A stretch of 64,000 nucleotides of DNA from Candidatus Aenigmatarchaeota archaeon (GCA_026397315.1 JAPLVC010000007.1:64001-128000), one strand, 5' to 3'; positions 8,136 to 20,335 are shown, numbered from the stretch's first letter. The notes: generated by a model not told the origin, from the sequence alone. Numbers and translations: made by a program.

Positions 8136-8972
8136 ATGAACAAGGTTCTGAATTTTCTCATCCACAGCAACATATATCTTGGCCTGAGCGCGAGCGCGGT
8201 CGCGTATCTCTGCATGGTCCTGCTCGGCATGCCCATATACTGGCAGCCCATGGTCATCGCGTTCTGTGTCACGTTCTTCCTCTACAGCCTTAACAGATAT
8301 ACCGACATGGAGGAAGACAGGATAAACTACCCCGACAGGGTCAAGTTCATCAAGAGCAGCGGCAAACCAGTCTTTTACTTTTCAGCCGCCCTTTACGCGT
8401 TCTCGCTCTACCTGGCGTTCACCAACAGCATAGCCAGCTTCATGATAGCGCTCGCGCCGTTCATACTGGTCTTCTCCTACAGCGTCATCCGCCTGAAGAA
8501 GCTGCTGATATTCAAGAACCTTATAGTCGCCTTCGGCTGGGCCATGGTCGCTTTTCTCGCGCTTTCCTACACGCACCCTGTGAGCTATTTCGAGCCGCTG
8601 AGCATGTCGGTGTTCATGTTCTTCTTCATACGCGTGCTCATAGACACCGTCGCTTTCGACGCCCAGGACGTGGAGGGCGACAAGGTCAGTCGAGTAAGAA
8701 CGATAGCCAACACCTTCGGCATCACCAAGGTCAAGACCATATGCCACGCGCTCAACATCTTCATGATAGTGTTCTTCCTGCTCGCGTGGAATTTTGACAT
8801 CAGCAACATGCCCATCACGGCGAACCTGATAATCATCTGGTCGTTCCTTTACATGTTCATGATAAACCGCTTCGGCGTCAAAGGGGTAACGGACGTGATA
8901 TCGGAAGGCGAGCTCATTCTCCTGGGGATTGTCGTCTTCGCCATCCAGAACGCCCAAGCGCTTCTGCTGTAA
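8136..8972 (+). CDS. UbiA-family prenyltransferase
   Basis: NRxxDxxEDxxNxPxR and DxxDxxGD motifs; multiple TM helices. Confidence 0.88.
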   Translation: MNKVLNFLIHSNIYLGLSASAVAYLCMVLLGMPIYWQPMVIAFCVTFFLYSLNRYTDMEEDRINYPDRVKFIKSSGKPVFYFSAALYAFSLYLAFTNSIASFMIALAPFILVFSYSVIRLKKLLIFKNLIVAFGWAMVAFLALSYTHPVSYFEPLSMSVFMFFFIRVLIDTVAFDAQDVEGDKVSRVRTIANTFGITKVKTICHALNIFMIVFFLLAWNFDISNMPITANLIIIWSFLYMFMINRFGVKGVTDVISEGELILLGIVVFAIQNAQALLL

Positions 8973-8991
8973 AAACGGTTAAAAAAACTGT

Positions 8992-9903
8992 TCAACATAA
9001 CGTGCTCAGCGGACATGCCAGACATTTGTCCTTTGCCGTTTCCATTCTAGTCAAAAGCTCTTTCATACTCGTGCGCGGGTCGCCGATTTTTACAATGCCT
9101 TCACAACAGCTGAAAACGCCGTAAGGGTTCAGTGAGATGTAAGTCTTTATGTCGCCGGGGCCGAATGGCACCAGCTTCTTCTCGTCTCTGAACCTTTTGC
9201 CGTATTTTGCCGCGACTATCCTCTTCATTTCTTCGCTGGGCAGCATCAGCGAGTCGTCTATCGTCCTGCGCGATATGGTCTTTGAAAGCGTCATGGCGCC
9301 TTTCATCTCCCTGTTTGAATACGGGAAGGTCAGATTTAGCCTTATCCTGCGGTCCACGTCTCTTTTCAGCTCGTCCTCGAAGTCAGCCAGCCTGTTCGCA
9401 TTGCCTTTGGTCACTATCGTTCTGACCTTCACCCCTTCGCATCCGAGCTCGTATGCCCGCCTGCAGAACCCGACTGCTTTCTCATACGTACCTTTGCCCC
9501 TGTTCCATTCGTGGTGGTCTTTGGGGCCGTCTATGGAAACGTGGAACGTCACGTTGTTCAGCCTTTCGAACTCGTCCAGCCTGTCTATGGTCCCGTTGGT
9601 GACGATGAAGTGCTTCACTCCCCGGCCAACGACTCCCTTCATGAACCAAGCGCTCAGGCTGTTGATGACTTCCGGGAATTTGGCGTGCAGGAAGATCTCC
9701 CCGGTCCCGCACCAGAAAACGCCGAAACCGAGCCTTCTTTCCCTGCCGAATCTCCCGACAAAATCGACAAGCGCATCTTTCGATATTTCCTTCCGCCCCT
9801 TGCCGTTAATGACGTTGGAATAGCACATCCTGCATTTCAGATTGCAGGCGGATATGGGCTCTACGTAGAGGCCGCGTCTCTCAATGACGACCCTTTTCTC
9901 CAT
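8992..9903 (-). CDS. Radical SAM protein with short Cys-rich C-terminal (Twitch-like) region
   Basis: CNLKCRMC, TNG and SIDG motifs; C-terminal CC...CxxC...C. Confidence 0.88.
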   Translation of the reverse strand: MEKRVVIERRGLYVEPISACNLKCRMCYSNVINGKGRKEISKDALVDFVGRFGRERRLGFGVFWCGTGEIFLHAKFPEVINSLSAWFMKGVVGRGVKHFIVTNGTIDRLDEFERLNNVTFHVSIDGPKDHHEWNRGKGTYEKAVGFCRRAYELGCEGVKVRTIVTKGNANRLADFEDELKRDVDRRIRLNLTFPYSNREMKGAMTLSKTISRRTIDDSLMLPSEEMKRIVAAKYGKRFRDEKKLVPFGPGDIKTYISLNPYGVFSCCEGIVKIGDPRTSMKELLTRMETAKDKCLACPLSTLC

Positions 9904-9987
9904 GACATTAGTTGCCGTTCTGATTTTATAAAAATCCCCTTCCAGAAAGATATATATAGGCCCGGGCAATTATATAACAGGATTTCT

Positions 9988-10314
9988 ATGAACAAGGAAA
10001 CAATCGGTAGATATGCATTTATCATTGGATTAGTGATATCAGTGATAGCCGGTTTCGTAAGCCTTGGGACAACGGGCCTTGCAGCTCTTGTCGTTCTGGG
10101 ACTCATAGTCGGGTTCCTTAACGTGACGGGCGAAGAGGTTCAGAAGTTCCTTTTAGGCACGGTTGCGCTTATGCTTGTGGGCCAGGGTCTTCATTCCGTG
10201 ATGGCCACGGTTCCGCTGGTGCCGGATATACTTGCGGCATTCGTCTCATTCGTGGCAGGCGCAGCACTGATAGTGGCACTCAAGGAAGTCTACACGATAA
10301 CCAAATCCAAGTAA
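9988..10314 (+). CDS. Small multi-TM membrane protein
   Basis: MNKETIGRYAFIIG...; about four hydrophobic helices; GLIVGFLNV motif. Confidence 0.7.
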   Translation: MNKETIGRYAFIIGLVISVIAGFVSLGTTGLAALVVLGLIVGFLNVTGEEVQKFLLGTVALMLVGQGLHSVMATVPLVPDILAAFVSFVAGAALIVALKEVYTITKSK

Positions 10315-10403
10315 ATGCACAAGGGGAAAAACAAAACAATCAAACCCTTTCTTTTTTCTTTTATTTTATACCATCCAGGCGTCAGTTTGCCGTTTCTGTC
10401 CGT

Positions 10404-11834
10404 TTATCCGAAAAGGAAGAACTCGATTGCTAGCGTAACGCATGCAACGAGCAGGACTAGCGGCGTGACTATGAGGCCCAGTTTCGCGAAGCTGCGGTAG
10501 TTGATGTGCTGGTCCTTGTCCCTCAGTATCTTAATCCACATTATGCCTGCCAGGGCGCCGATGAGCGTGATGTTCGCGCCCAGATTGCTGCCGATTATGA
10601 GAGAGAATATCGAGGCGAGCTTCGTGCTGGCAGGCAGGGCGAACTGCGAACTCTCGGTTATCTTGGTGAAAAGCACGGTCATGGGCTGGTTGTTGACAAG
10701 GTTCGCGGTGAACGCTGAAAGGAAGCCCATGGAGATGGTCGCGGCGAATACGTTGAAAGAAAGCGCGGTTATGAGCGTTGCGGCCGCGTCGGTCACGCCG
10801 GCGACCACGAGCGCCTCGACCATGATAAATGAGCAGAAGAGGAATGGGATGATTTTCCACGGTATGTGGTCCGCTATGAAGTGCAGGCGGAACTCGTATA
10901 TCTTCGTCGCCTGGCGGTGGACGTAATGCTTGAACACGCGGAAATACGTCAGGTGCTCCTTGGAATATTCATCGAAAGCTATGGCCGCGTCATAAGTGAA
11001 CAGAGCGAGCGCGAAGAACAAAGCGACGACCCACATCTCCAGCCCGAGTAACGGCGACACGAAAAGCGTTGCTAGCGTAAGACAGAACGTGCCGAAAGTG
11101 ACGTAGGCGCATCTCCTGTCCTTCAGGAAATGTTTCGGGTCTATGTCCTTCGGGATGACGAACCTTATGCTGACGCTTTTGCTGAAGACCAGGTACAGGA
11201 GAGCCAGGCACGTAAGGCCGGCAGCTATGGTTGGAAACAGCATCCATGCAGAGTATTCGATGATGCCGATGCCGCTCGCCGAGGCGGCTATGATGTTCGT
11301 GGGATTGCCCACGTAAAGGCACATGCTCCATATGTTCGCGGCGAAGAACTCCGCCACGAGGTAAGGAAGCACCCGTATCTTCGCATGCTTTCCGAAGTAG
11401 AAGATTATCGGCGTGAGCGTGAGGATGACTATGTCATTTGATGTGAAAAGCGTGATGAAGCCGCTGAGGAAGTAAAAGTAAAAGAACAGCTTACGTCCGT
11501 CGCCTCCCGAGCGCAGCACTATCCTGAGCGCCAGGTATTCGAAGAAACCGGTGCTGTCGAGCGATATCGCTATGTAGGCGACTGCCATGAAGAGGACGAT
11601 TATCGTGAACGGGCTGAAGCCCGGGCGGCCGACCAGCGACGAGAAAGCCTGGCCCGGCGTCAATACGCCTGCGATCAGTATTATGAGCACGCCGAGCACG
11701 CTGCCAAAAACGTAATCCAGCGTTATTTCTCTTCCGCCGAGAAACGGCAGGCCGGGAGGCAGACGGAATGATACTGGCCTGGCTATGAAGAAAATCGCGA
11801 TGGCAAAAGCCAGCAGCACGAAAAGTAGGCTCAT
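10404..11834 (-). CDS. ArsB/NhaD (IT superfamily) anion permease
   Basis: GFFExxA, SNDxxILxLTP, GNPTN, NNQP and GxNxTxIGALA motifs. Confidence 0.85.
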   Translation of the reverse strand: MSLLFVLLAFAIAIFFIARPVSFRLPPGLPFLGGREITLDYVFGSVLGVLIILIAGVLTPGQAFSSLVGRPGFSPFTIIVLFMAVAYIAISLDSTGFFEYLALRIVLRSGGDGRKLFFYFYFLSGFITLFTSNDIVILTLTPIIFYFGKHAKIRVLPYLVAEFFAANIWSMCLYVGNPTNIIAASASGIGIIEYSAWMLFPTIAAGLTCLALLYLVFSKSVSIRFVIPKDIDPKHFLKDRRCAYVTFGTFCLTLATLFVSPLLGLEMWVVALFFALALFTYDAAIAFDEYSKEHLTYFRVFKHYVHRQATKIYEFRLHFIADHIPWKIIPFLFCSFIMVEALVVAGVTDAAATLITALSFNVFAATISMGFLSAFTANLVNNQPMTVLFTKITESSQFALPASTKLASIFSLIIGSNLGANITLIGALAGIMWIKILRDKDQHINYRSFAKLGLIVTPLVLLVACVTLAIEFFLFG

Positions 11835-11971
11835 GTATTAATTTTGCCGCCGGCCGATAAAAAGCCCGCCGCATATGACGCATCGAAAACTTTAAATTGC
11901 CCGGCCCGATAATTCTCTCAAGCAAATTAGACTTGAGACGATAGAATAAGTTTTATGCTTGGGGTAAACGC

Positions 11972-13420
11972 ATGGACAGGCTGAAAAAGAAAGTGGCGCT
12001 CACATTCGACGACGTCCTTTTAGTGCCCAGAAGGTCGGCTGTGCTACCTAAAGACGTGGACACTCGTACGAGACTCACGAAGCGCATAGGCCTGAACATA
12101 CCCATCATGAGCGCCGCGATGGACACGGTGACGGAATCCCAGATGGCCATCATGCTTGCCAAAGAGGGCGGCATGGGCATCATACATAAGAACATGTCTG
12201 TTGAGGAGCAGGCGTCCGAGGTCGAGCATGTCAAGAAGTTCGAGTCCGGCGTCATACGCAACCCCATCACGCTCAGACCCGAAGACACGATGGGCAAGGT
12301 CAGAGAGATGATAAACAAGACCGGCATCGGCAGCTTCGTCGTAGTGGAGAAGAACAAAGTGGTCGGCATCCTCACCAGCAGGGACATGTGGTTCAGGAAC
12401 GACCCGAACGAGAAGGTGCGCGACGTAATGACGAAGAAGCCGATAACCATACAAAAGCCGGATACGGATTACGCCATCATGATAATGAACCAGCACAAGA
12501 TAGAGAAGCTTCCCATCGTTGATGCTGCCGGGCGGCTGAAAGGCCTGATAACCATAGCCGACCTCAAGAAACGCGAGGAGTTTCCGCACTCTGCGAAAGA
12601 TCGCGAGGGACGATTGATTGTGGGCGGCGCGATAGGACCTTTCGACATGAAGCGCGCGGAAGCGCTGGTGAACGCAGGCGTAGACTTGATAGCCGTCGAT
12701 ACGGCGCACGGCCACACGGAGAACGTCATAAAGACTGTCAGACAGCTGAAAAAGGCATATGATATTGACATTATAGCGGGCAACGTCGCCACAAGGGAAG
12801 GGACGCTTGACCTGATATCAGCCGGAGCCGACGCCATCAAGGTCGGCATGGGACCCGGTTCGATATGCACGACCAGGATAATCGCGGGCATAGGCGTTCC
12901 GCAGATAACCGCGGTGCAGGAATGCGCCAAGGCTGCGGAAAGACACAAGATTGCAGTCATAGCGGACGGCGGCATAAAGAACTCGGGCGATATTGCGAAA
13001 GCGATTGCAGCAGGCGCGCGCGTCATCATGATAGGCTCGCTTTTCGCCGGCACCGAGGAAGCGCCTGGCGAAGTCGTCTACCGCGGCGGCAGGAAATACA
13101 AGAAATACAGGGGCATGGGCTCCATCAATGCGATGAAGCTCGGCTCGAAAGACCGTTACGCGCAAGCCGACGCTAGCAAATTCGTGCCAGAAGGCGTGGA
13201 AGGCATGGTGCCTTACAGGGGGACTGTTTCTGAAATCGTCTTCCAGATGGTCGGTGGCCTGCGCTCTTCGATGGGCTACTGCGGATGCGCGAACATAGAC
13301 GAGATGCGCAGGAAAGCGAGGTTCATAAGGATAACCAAAGAGGGCATCAAGGAGTCGCACCCGCACGACGTCATAATCACGGACGAGGCGCCGAACTACT
13401 GGAGCGGCCCCGAGGTCTGA
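11972..13420 (+). CDS. guaB: IMP dehydrogenase
   Basis: LTFDDVLLVP, CBS pair, GPGSICTT catalytic Cys, YRGMGS. Confidence 0.98.
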   Translation: MDRLKKKVALTFDDVLLVPRRSAVLPKDVDTRTRLTKRIGLNIPIMSAAMDTVTESQMAIMLAKEGGMGIIHKNMSVEEQASEVEHVKKFESGVIRNPITLRPEDTMGKVREMINKTGIGSFVVVEKNKVVGILTSRDMWFRNDPNEKVRDVMTKKPITIQKPDTDYAIMIMNQHKIEKLPIVDAAGRLKGLITIADLKKREEFPHSAKDREGRLIVGGAIGPFDMKRAEALVNAGVDLIAVDTAHGHTENVIKTVRQLKKAYDIDIIAGNVATREGTLDLISAGADAIKVGMGPGSICTTRIIAGIGVPQITAVQECAKAAERHKIAVIADGGIKNSGDIAKAIAAGARVIMIGSLFAGTEEAPGEVVYRGGRKYKKYRGMGSINAMKLGSKDRYAQADASKFVPEGVEGMVPYRGTVSEIVFQMVGGLRSSMGYCGCANIDEMRRKARFIRITKEGIKESHPHDVIITDEAPNYWSGPEV

Positions 13421-13452
13421 TTGCTTTTATTGCCGGAAGGAAATGTATTAAT

Positions 13453-14265
13453 ATGACATCACCAAAGGAAACCTTTCTCGACGAGAAGATTCTGAAAATG
13501 CTCGCAGGCAGCGGCAGGCCAATGAAGGCCGCGCAGCTCATGCTCAAAGACGGCGAAATAGACTGCATGCAGGACTACGCGAACACCGTCTCGATAAAGC
13601 GGCTTGGATACAACGACCACGGCCCGGTCCACATGAGAAAGGTCGTCATAAACGCGCTGGCCATGCTGGACCTGCTCAACAAGGCGGGCATAAAGCTGAA
13701 CAGCGAGAAGGAAGGCTCTGGCTCGTTCGAAGACAGCAAAATCGCAGTTATGCTGGCATCGTTCCTGCACGACATAGGCATGTGCGTCGGGCGAGAAAAG
13801 CATGAAAACGTTTCCGCCATGTTCGCCCTTCCTGTCATTGACAAGCTTCTTTCGCAGGTATACAAGGATGACGTCGAGAAGCGCATCGCCGTCCGTTCGA
13901 TGGTCATCGAGGGGATTCTCGGCCACATGGGCGGCCAGAGAATAGAGTCGCTCGAGGCTGGGGTGATTCTTATAGCGGATGGCTGCGACATGGAAAAGGG
14001 CCGCGCGCGCATCCCCATGAAAATCGGAGAGTCGAAAGAGGGCAAGATGGGCGACATCCACAAGTATTCTTCGTCATCGATAGAGAAAGTCACGATAGAC
14101 AGGGGCGATAAACGCGCGATAAGGATAACGATCGAGATGGACTCGCCCGTTGGTTTCTTCCAAGTGGAAGAAGTTTTGCTGAAAAAGATAAACTCAAGTC
14201 CCGTGAAGCCGTACATCGAACTTTTTGCCGGCGTCACGGGCCAGAAGATGAAGTGCTATCTCTAG
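13453..14265 (+). CDS. HD-domain phosphohydrolase
   Basis: RLGYNDHGPVH, LHDIG and ADGCDM-x2-GRAR motifs. Confidence 0.88.
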   Translation: MTSPKETFLDEKILKMLAGSGRPMKAAQLMLKDGEIDCMQDYANTVSIKRLGYNDHGPVHMRKVVINALAMLDLLNKAGIKLNSEKEGSGSFEDSKIAVMLASFLHDIGMCVGREKHENVSAMFALPVIDKLLSQVYKDDVEKRIAVRSMVIEGILGHMGGQRIESLEAGVILIADGCDMEKGRARIPMKIGESKEGKMGDIHKYSSSSIEKVTIDRGDKRAIRITIEMDSPVGFFQVEEVLLKKINSSPVKPYIELFAGVTGQKMKCYL

Positions 14266-14319
14266 CGATTGGCAGTTTAAACGGCTCTTTCAAGGTTATT
14301 AAACCTGTTTACAAACTAA

Positions 14320-15624
<1,305 letters not shown>

Positions 15625-15737
15625 AAAGTAGTTTTTGTTCTTTTCATTTCATTAAATCACGATACTATCGCAATATTATCCGGTGTATCCCGAATAAAAT
15701 CTGAGTGTATTAAATAGGATGCTGACAATATTTAATC

Positions 15738-16043
15738 ATGAAAATGTTCGTTTCGATATTTTTTGCTATTTTTGTCATTTTGGTGGTGTCATCATCAGGA
15801 TGCATTAATTCTGCGTATGAAGGTACATTACTGTATCAGAAAGCGGACGCCAACAAATGTGAAGCGTATTACATAGTAATCAAAGAAAAGCCATATGAGA
15901 TAAACACAACTTTGGTTGGTGATTTGGATGATTATGTCAACAAGAGTGTTAGGATCAGGGGTGAATTGATTACTCGCACAGCGCTGAAAAAATGCTTATT
16001 TGAAACCACGATTAACGCAGCTGATATTCAGCTTATTGATTAA
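15738..16043 (+). CDS. Hypothetical secreted/lipoprotein
   Basis: Hydrophobic N-terminus ending in SGCI lipobox-like motif; AT-rich. Confidence 0.6.
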   Translation: MKMFVSIFFAIFVILVVSSSGCINSAYEGTLLYQKADANKCEAYYIVIKEKPYEINTTLVGDLDDYVNKSVRIRGELITRTALKKCLFETTINAADIQLID

Positions 16044-16118
16044 ACAGATTCTGGTTCATACTTATATTTCATCGGATATCAGGACTTCCTGCAAGGCAAT
16101 GTTAAGTTCTGTTAAAAA

Positions 16119-18044
16119 TCATTTACTTTCTTTATGCTTGTTTATTGCTATGCGCAACTCGCTCATTACGACCGTGGTGTCTATCTTGCCGCGGACCTGC
16201 TGCATGACCAGGCCGAGAAGAATCTTTTCCCCGCGCTCGTCGCCGATCAGCTCGCTGTTTTTGTCAAGCGTCTTGATGATAATGAGTTTCAGATCTTCGA
16301 TAGTCAGTTCGATTATCTTCGTCTTGCGGATCGCCTGCTCTGCCGATAATTCCGGCTCTTTCGCAATCGCTTTCAGCACGTCTGGAATCGCTTCCTTCGC
16401 CAGTTTGCCATCCTTCAACTTATTTAATATTTCCGAGAAATGGTGCTCTTCGAGCTTCTCGACAGCGACACCGCTTCTTTTTAGATACGGTAGTGTAGAA
16501 ATCAAAATTGTAGAAACTATTTTTGGGTCATAACCATCATCTATAAGTTTCTCGAAAAGTTTATGCTTACCAGATTTTATAATTTGTTTTAATATCTCGT
16601 CGCTTATCTTTAGTTTTTTGACTGATGCACCATCTTTAATCTGTAGTTTTTCTGTTAGATTCAACGTTATCCTTTTGCCTTTATCCTCTAAAAGTTCCGG
16701 TAGATTTTTTCTTATCGCGGCCAGCCTGGCGTGCGTTATCCTTATGGGCGGCACGTCGGTTTCCGGGTAAAGTCTCGCCGCTCCGGGCAGCGGGCGCATG
16801 TATTCCGTCTCGCCTGTGTCGAGCGCTTTCCTCACTTCCGTCGGAACGCCGACAACGAGCTGGTTTATGCGCTCTGCGACAATAGCCATTGTCTTCTCGA
16901 CTGCTTTTTCCTCACCAACCGCTATTATCAGAGTGTCTCCATGGCCGGCTTTCATTTCATGCCTCAGCTTCTCGAAATCCTTCGTTAGTTTATACTTCTC
17001 CAGCTCTTCGTCGCTGTGGATTATGCCTTTCATTTCCGATTTCGCCCTCACGTAATTGGCTACTTCATTGCCCAGCGTGCGTGTAGGCGTAATCTGCCTT
17101 TTCAAATAACCAGCGAAATCAGGGACGAGTATCGCGTACGTGGTCTTGTCTTTCGTTATCTTGGACTCTGAATCCTTGAAAATATGGGATACATGAACGA
17201 CTTTCGGCTTGACTGGTTTGAAGCCTGCCTTATGCAGATCCTTCTTTATCTCAATCAGACTCGCCTGCCTGAGCGCCTCGTTCTCAACGAATTTAGGAAT
17301 CATGCGCAGCTCCTGCGCGCCCTTTATCTCCACTCGCGCGCCGCCCTCTATCGATACGTTTACGTCTTGGCGGATCGTGCCGAGGCCGCGCTTCACCTTT
17401 TCAGTCGAGCGGACTATCATGCCCAGCATCTCAGCGACCTCGCGCGCTTGTTCCGGCGTGCGTATGTCGGGCGACGTCCCAATCTCGACGAGCGGGATGC
17501 CAAGCCTGTCGAGGCCGTAGAACACGCGATTTCCATCGCGCCCCATTATCTGGCAGCTTTCCTCCTCAAGGCAGATGTTCTCGATGCCCACTTCACCGAA
17601 GCTCGTCTTCATCTTGCCGCGGAGTCCGGCGACCGACGTCCGCTGGAAGCCGGAAGTGTTCGAACCGTCGAGGACCGTTTTTCTCATCACGTGTATTTCC
17701 TCAGGCACTTCGCATTTCAGCATCTCGGCCACGGTAAGGACGATATCTAACGCTTCCGAATTCATGTTGCCCGGAGGCTCCTCGTCCAGCTCGATAAGGC
17801 AGGACTCTTCGGGATAAACCCGGTAGACGAATTCGACCCCTTTCGCGACCTCTCCCAGCGCGGCGATGTCTATCTCGCCCGTTTCACCGGCGACGACGCG
17901 CAGCTTGCGCGCTACCTCCAGCGACGGCTTCGCTTCGGAGAAGCGCGACCTGCACATGCAGAACAGCTTGTGTTGAGTCTCGAGCTGTTGGTGAATCTCG
18001 ATGCCGCATTTCAGCCCGAGCTTTGAATAATCGAGTTCACTCAT
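16119..18044 (-). CDS. gatE: Glu-tRNA(Gln) amidotransferase subunit E
   Basis: GIEIHQQL, DGSNTSGFQRT, RGLGTIRQDVNVS and RPLPGAARLYPETD motifs. Confidence 0.97.
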   Translation of the reverse strand: MSELDYSKLGLKCGIEIHQQLETQHKLFCMCRSRFSEAKPSLEVARKLRVVAGETGEIDIAALGEVAKGVEFVYRVYPEESCLIELDEEPPGNMNSEALDIVLTVAEMLKCEVPEEIHVMRKTVLDGSNTSGFQRTSVAGLRGKMKTSFGEVGIENICLEEESCQIMGRDGNRVFYGLDRLGIPLVEIGTSPDIRTPEQAREVAEMLGMIVRSTEKVKRGLGTIRQDVNVSIEGGARVEIKGAQELRMIPKFVENEALRQASLIEIKKDLHKAGFKPVKPKVVHVSHIFKDSESKITKDKTTYAILVPDFAGYLKRQITPTRTLGNEVANYVRAKSEMKGIIHSDEELEKYKLTKDFEKLRHEMKAGHGDTLIIAVGEEKAVEKTMAIVAERINQLVVGVPTEVRKALDTGETEYMRPLPGAARLYPETDVPPIRITHARLAAIRKNLPELLEDKGKRITLNLTEKLQIKDGASVKKLKISDEILKQIIKSGKHKLFEKLIDDGYDPKIVSTILISTLPYLKRSGVAVEKLEEHHFSEILNKLKDGKLAKEAIPDVLKAIAKEPELSAEQAIRKTKIIELTIEDLKLIIIKTLDKNSELIGDERGEKILLGLVMQQVRGKIDTTVVMSELRIAINKHKESK

Positions 18045-19413
18045 TCAATCCCTCTGCAGAAAAAGCATCCGCCTGCGTGCGCGGTGTGATTTCACCCGCG
18101 TAGCTGGTAAGCATCATTTCCCTGATTTTCTCCATGCTCTTTGTTTTTCCCAGAACCCACATAAGCTTGACGTACGCCGTCTCGCTGGTCATGTCTTCAC
18201 CGGGAATGGCTTTCGCTTCTGTGAACAATTTGCGCAGGTTCGTGTAAACATAAGGATTGACGCGACCGAATATCGTCTGGGACGTGATGACAAAAGGGAT
18301 AGTCTCGGCATGCTTTCCTATGGCGAGCGTCCACGGCTTCTTAGCCACGTCCGTCGGCACGTGGCCCATGCCCGTCCCTTCGATCACGAAGCCCTTGACG
18401 CCGTTCTTGACGTGGAAATCGATTACTTTCGGGTCCGCGCCTGGATAGACTTTCAGCAGCGCTACCTCGGGTTCGATCTTCGCATCCACTTCCACGTGTT
18501 TTTTGTCATCCCTCTTCCTGTAATTTTTGTTTAGTATCTCAACCCTGCCGCTGTGATAAATTTTAGCCAGCGCCGGCTCGTTTATGGGTCGGAAAGCGTC
18601 TCGCCTGGTCGTGTGCATCTTGCGCACCTTCGTGCCGCGGATGAAATGGCAGTAGTCGTCGCTCGTGCTGCCGTGCATGCAAGTCCCGACCTCGGCGATG
18701 TCCGACACGGCAACGTGGGCTGCGCAAATGAGATTCATGCCCGCGTCGCTGGAACCGCGGTCGCTTGACCTCTGCGCCCCGACGAGCACGACTGGTTTGT
18801 GCAGGTTCTGCAGGAAGAATGAAAGCGCGGCCGCAGTGTAGTGAAGCGTGTCGGTGCCGTGCGTGATTATCACGCCTTTTTTGCCCGCGTTCAGCTCTTT
18901 CGCCACTTCTCTCGCCAGGTGCTGCCAGTCCTCCGGGTCGAGGTCTTCGCTCATCTTCTTCATGGGCGAGAACATTTCGAGATTGACAATATGGGAAAGC
19001 TCCGGAATGTTGTGCAGCAGCTCCTTCGGGTTCTCGACGGCGTATACGCCGCCAGTCCTGTAGTCGACGCGCGAGGCAATCGTCCCTCCCGTCGAAATGA
19101 GAGCGACGTGCGGCTTGTTTGCATCGAAAGCGATCTCAAGCAGCTCTTTGCTAGTCCTGCCAAATTCGTACTTCGCTTCATCAGCGACGTCTTTTGGCTC
19201 CCTGATATGAGACCTGGATATATTTGCATCCGTTATGTCGATGCCTATGTTGTAGCCGCTGTCCAGTTTTACCAGAACCGTTTTCTCGTCGCCGTGAGAC
19301 GTTTTCGGCATGAGCAGGCCCTCGTAGCTCTTGCTTCCCTTTTCCACGAGAATCCTGTCGCCGACGCTTATTTTGCCGTGGTCCAGAATTTTCTGTATTT
19401 CATGGGAATACAT
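18037..19413 (-). CDS. gatD: Glu-tRNA(Gln) amidotransferase subunit D
   Basis: KLDSGYNIG, TGGTIASRVDY, HGTDT and QRSSDRGSSD motifs; overlaps gatE. Confidence 0.97.
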   Translation of the reverse strand: MYSHEIQKILDHGKISVGDRILVEKGSKSYEGLLMPKTSHGDEKTVLVKLDSGYNIGIDITDANISRSHIREPKDVADEAKYEFGRTSKELLEIAFDANKPHVALISTGGTIASRVDYRTGGVYAVENPKELLHNIPELSHIVNLEMFSPMKKMSEDLDPEDWQHLAREVAKELNAGKKGVIITHGTDTLHYTAAALSFFLQNLHKPVVLVGAQRSSDRGSSDAGMNLICAAHVAVSDIAEVGTCMHGSTSDDYCHFIRGTKVRKMHTTRRDAFRPINEPALAKIYHSGRVEILNKNYRKRDDKKHVEVDAKIEPEVALLKVYPGADPKVIDFHVKNGVKGFVIEGTGMGHVPTDVAKKPWTLAIGKHAETIPFVITSQTIFGRVNPYVYTNLRKLFTEAKAIPGEDMTSETAYVKLMWVLGKTKSMEKIREMMLTSYAGEITPRTQADAFSAEGLNE

Positions 19414-19459
19414 AATTAGATATTGCGCGCGCCGGATTAAAATATTATTTTATTTAAAA

Positions 19460-20335
19460 TCACAGAGGACGCGCCGCTTTTAGATCTCTATAATGGTTTA
19501 CATAGCCTTCTCTGCCGCCTAAAGTGGAACGTTCTGCCGCTTGAATTGCCTCCCTGTATTTTCCCATATCAGATAGACAAAGTGAAAGACGATAAAACGC
19601 TGGCATGTTCAAATCATCCAATTCCGTTGCTTTTTTGAAAAACCTGGCGGCCGTTTTATAATTTTTTTTATTGTCCCAATAAACGCCTACTTTAAAATAG
19701 ATGTTTGCCAGAAGCTGGTCGTTGCTCAGCGGCAAGTCAAAAATTCCATTCGAAAGTTCTTTTTGCGTATATTCATTTACGTCTTTAGTTGGCGCACCAA
19801 AAAATCCGCCGTTTGATTGAAAATTAAATTGATTTCCGTCTTTGTCAATATATCTCACGTAAAAATGTGATTCACTTTTACCTCTACATCTGACACCATA
19901 CAACCACATGCCTTCAATGTCGGCAAGATCGAGATAAAGATACGAAGATGTATCGCAATCGAGAGCGTTTTTTTTAAACCCTTCGGAAAGCATAAGGATA
20001 TCCGCATCATCCGGGTTGAAAACGAAATTGAATGGTTTATCTTTCAGTATGTTGTATATGACGGGTAGGTTTTCTGGCCCTATATCCGGCTTGTATTTCT
20101 CATGAAAAACTTTTCTGAGCCTGTGCAGCTTTTCAACCGCTCCATGATAGTCAAAGTCATAATCTGTGCATGTTCGCTCAATGTAAAGCGTTTTCTCGCC
20201 AAAACCGTTTAAATTATTCAAGAAGGAGTCATTCATGACCGATGCCCTATCGCCGCGTGTGCTGAGCATGTCAAATCCCAAAGCAGCTCCGCCCGCCAGC
20301 TTCAATGCGGTCCCTATGAAATTTCTCCTTTTCAT
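19460..20335 (-). CDS. Tat-signal protein with transglutaminase-like core and C-terminal TPRs (paralog B)
   Basis: MKRRNFI twin-arginine leader; LDCDTSS and SHFYVRY; TPR-like FKKATELD. Confidence 0.65.
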   Translation of the reverse strand: MKRRNFIGTALKLAGGAALGFDMLSTRGDRASVMNDSFLNNLNGFGEKTLYIERTCTDYDFDYHGAVEKLHRLRKVFHEKYKPDIGPENLPVIYNILKDKPFNFVFNPDDADILMLSEGFKKNALDCDTSSYLYLDLADIEGMWLYGVRCRGKSESHFYVRYIDKDGNQFNFQSNGGFFGAPTKDVNEYTQKELSNGIFDLPLSNDQLLANIYFKVGVYWDNKKNYKTAARFFKKATELDDLNMPAFYRLSLCLSDMGKYREAIQAAERSTLGGREGYVNHYRDLKAARPL

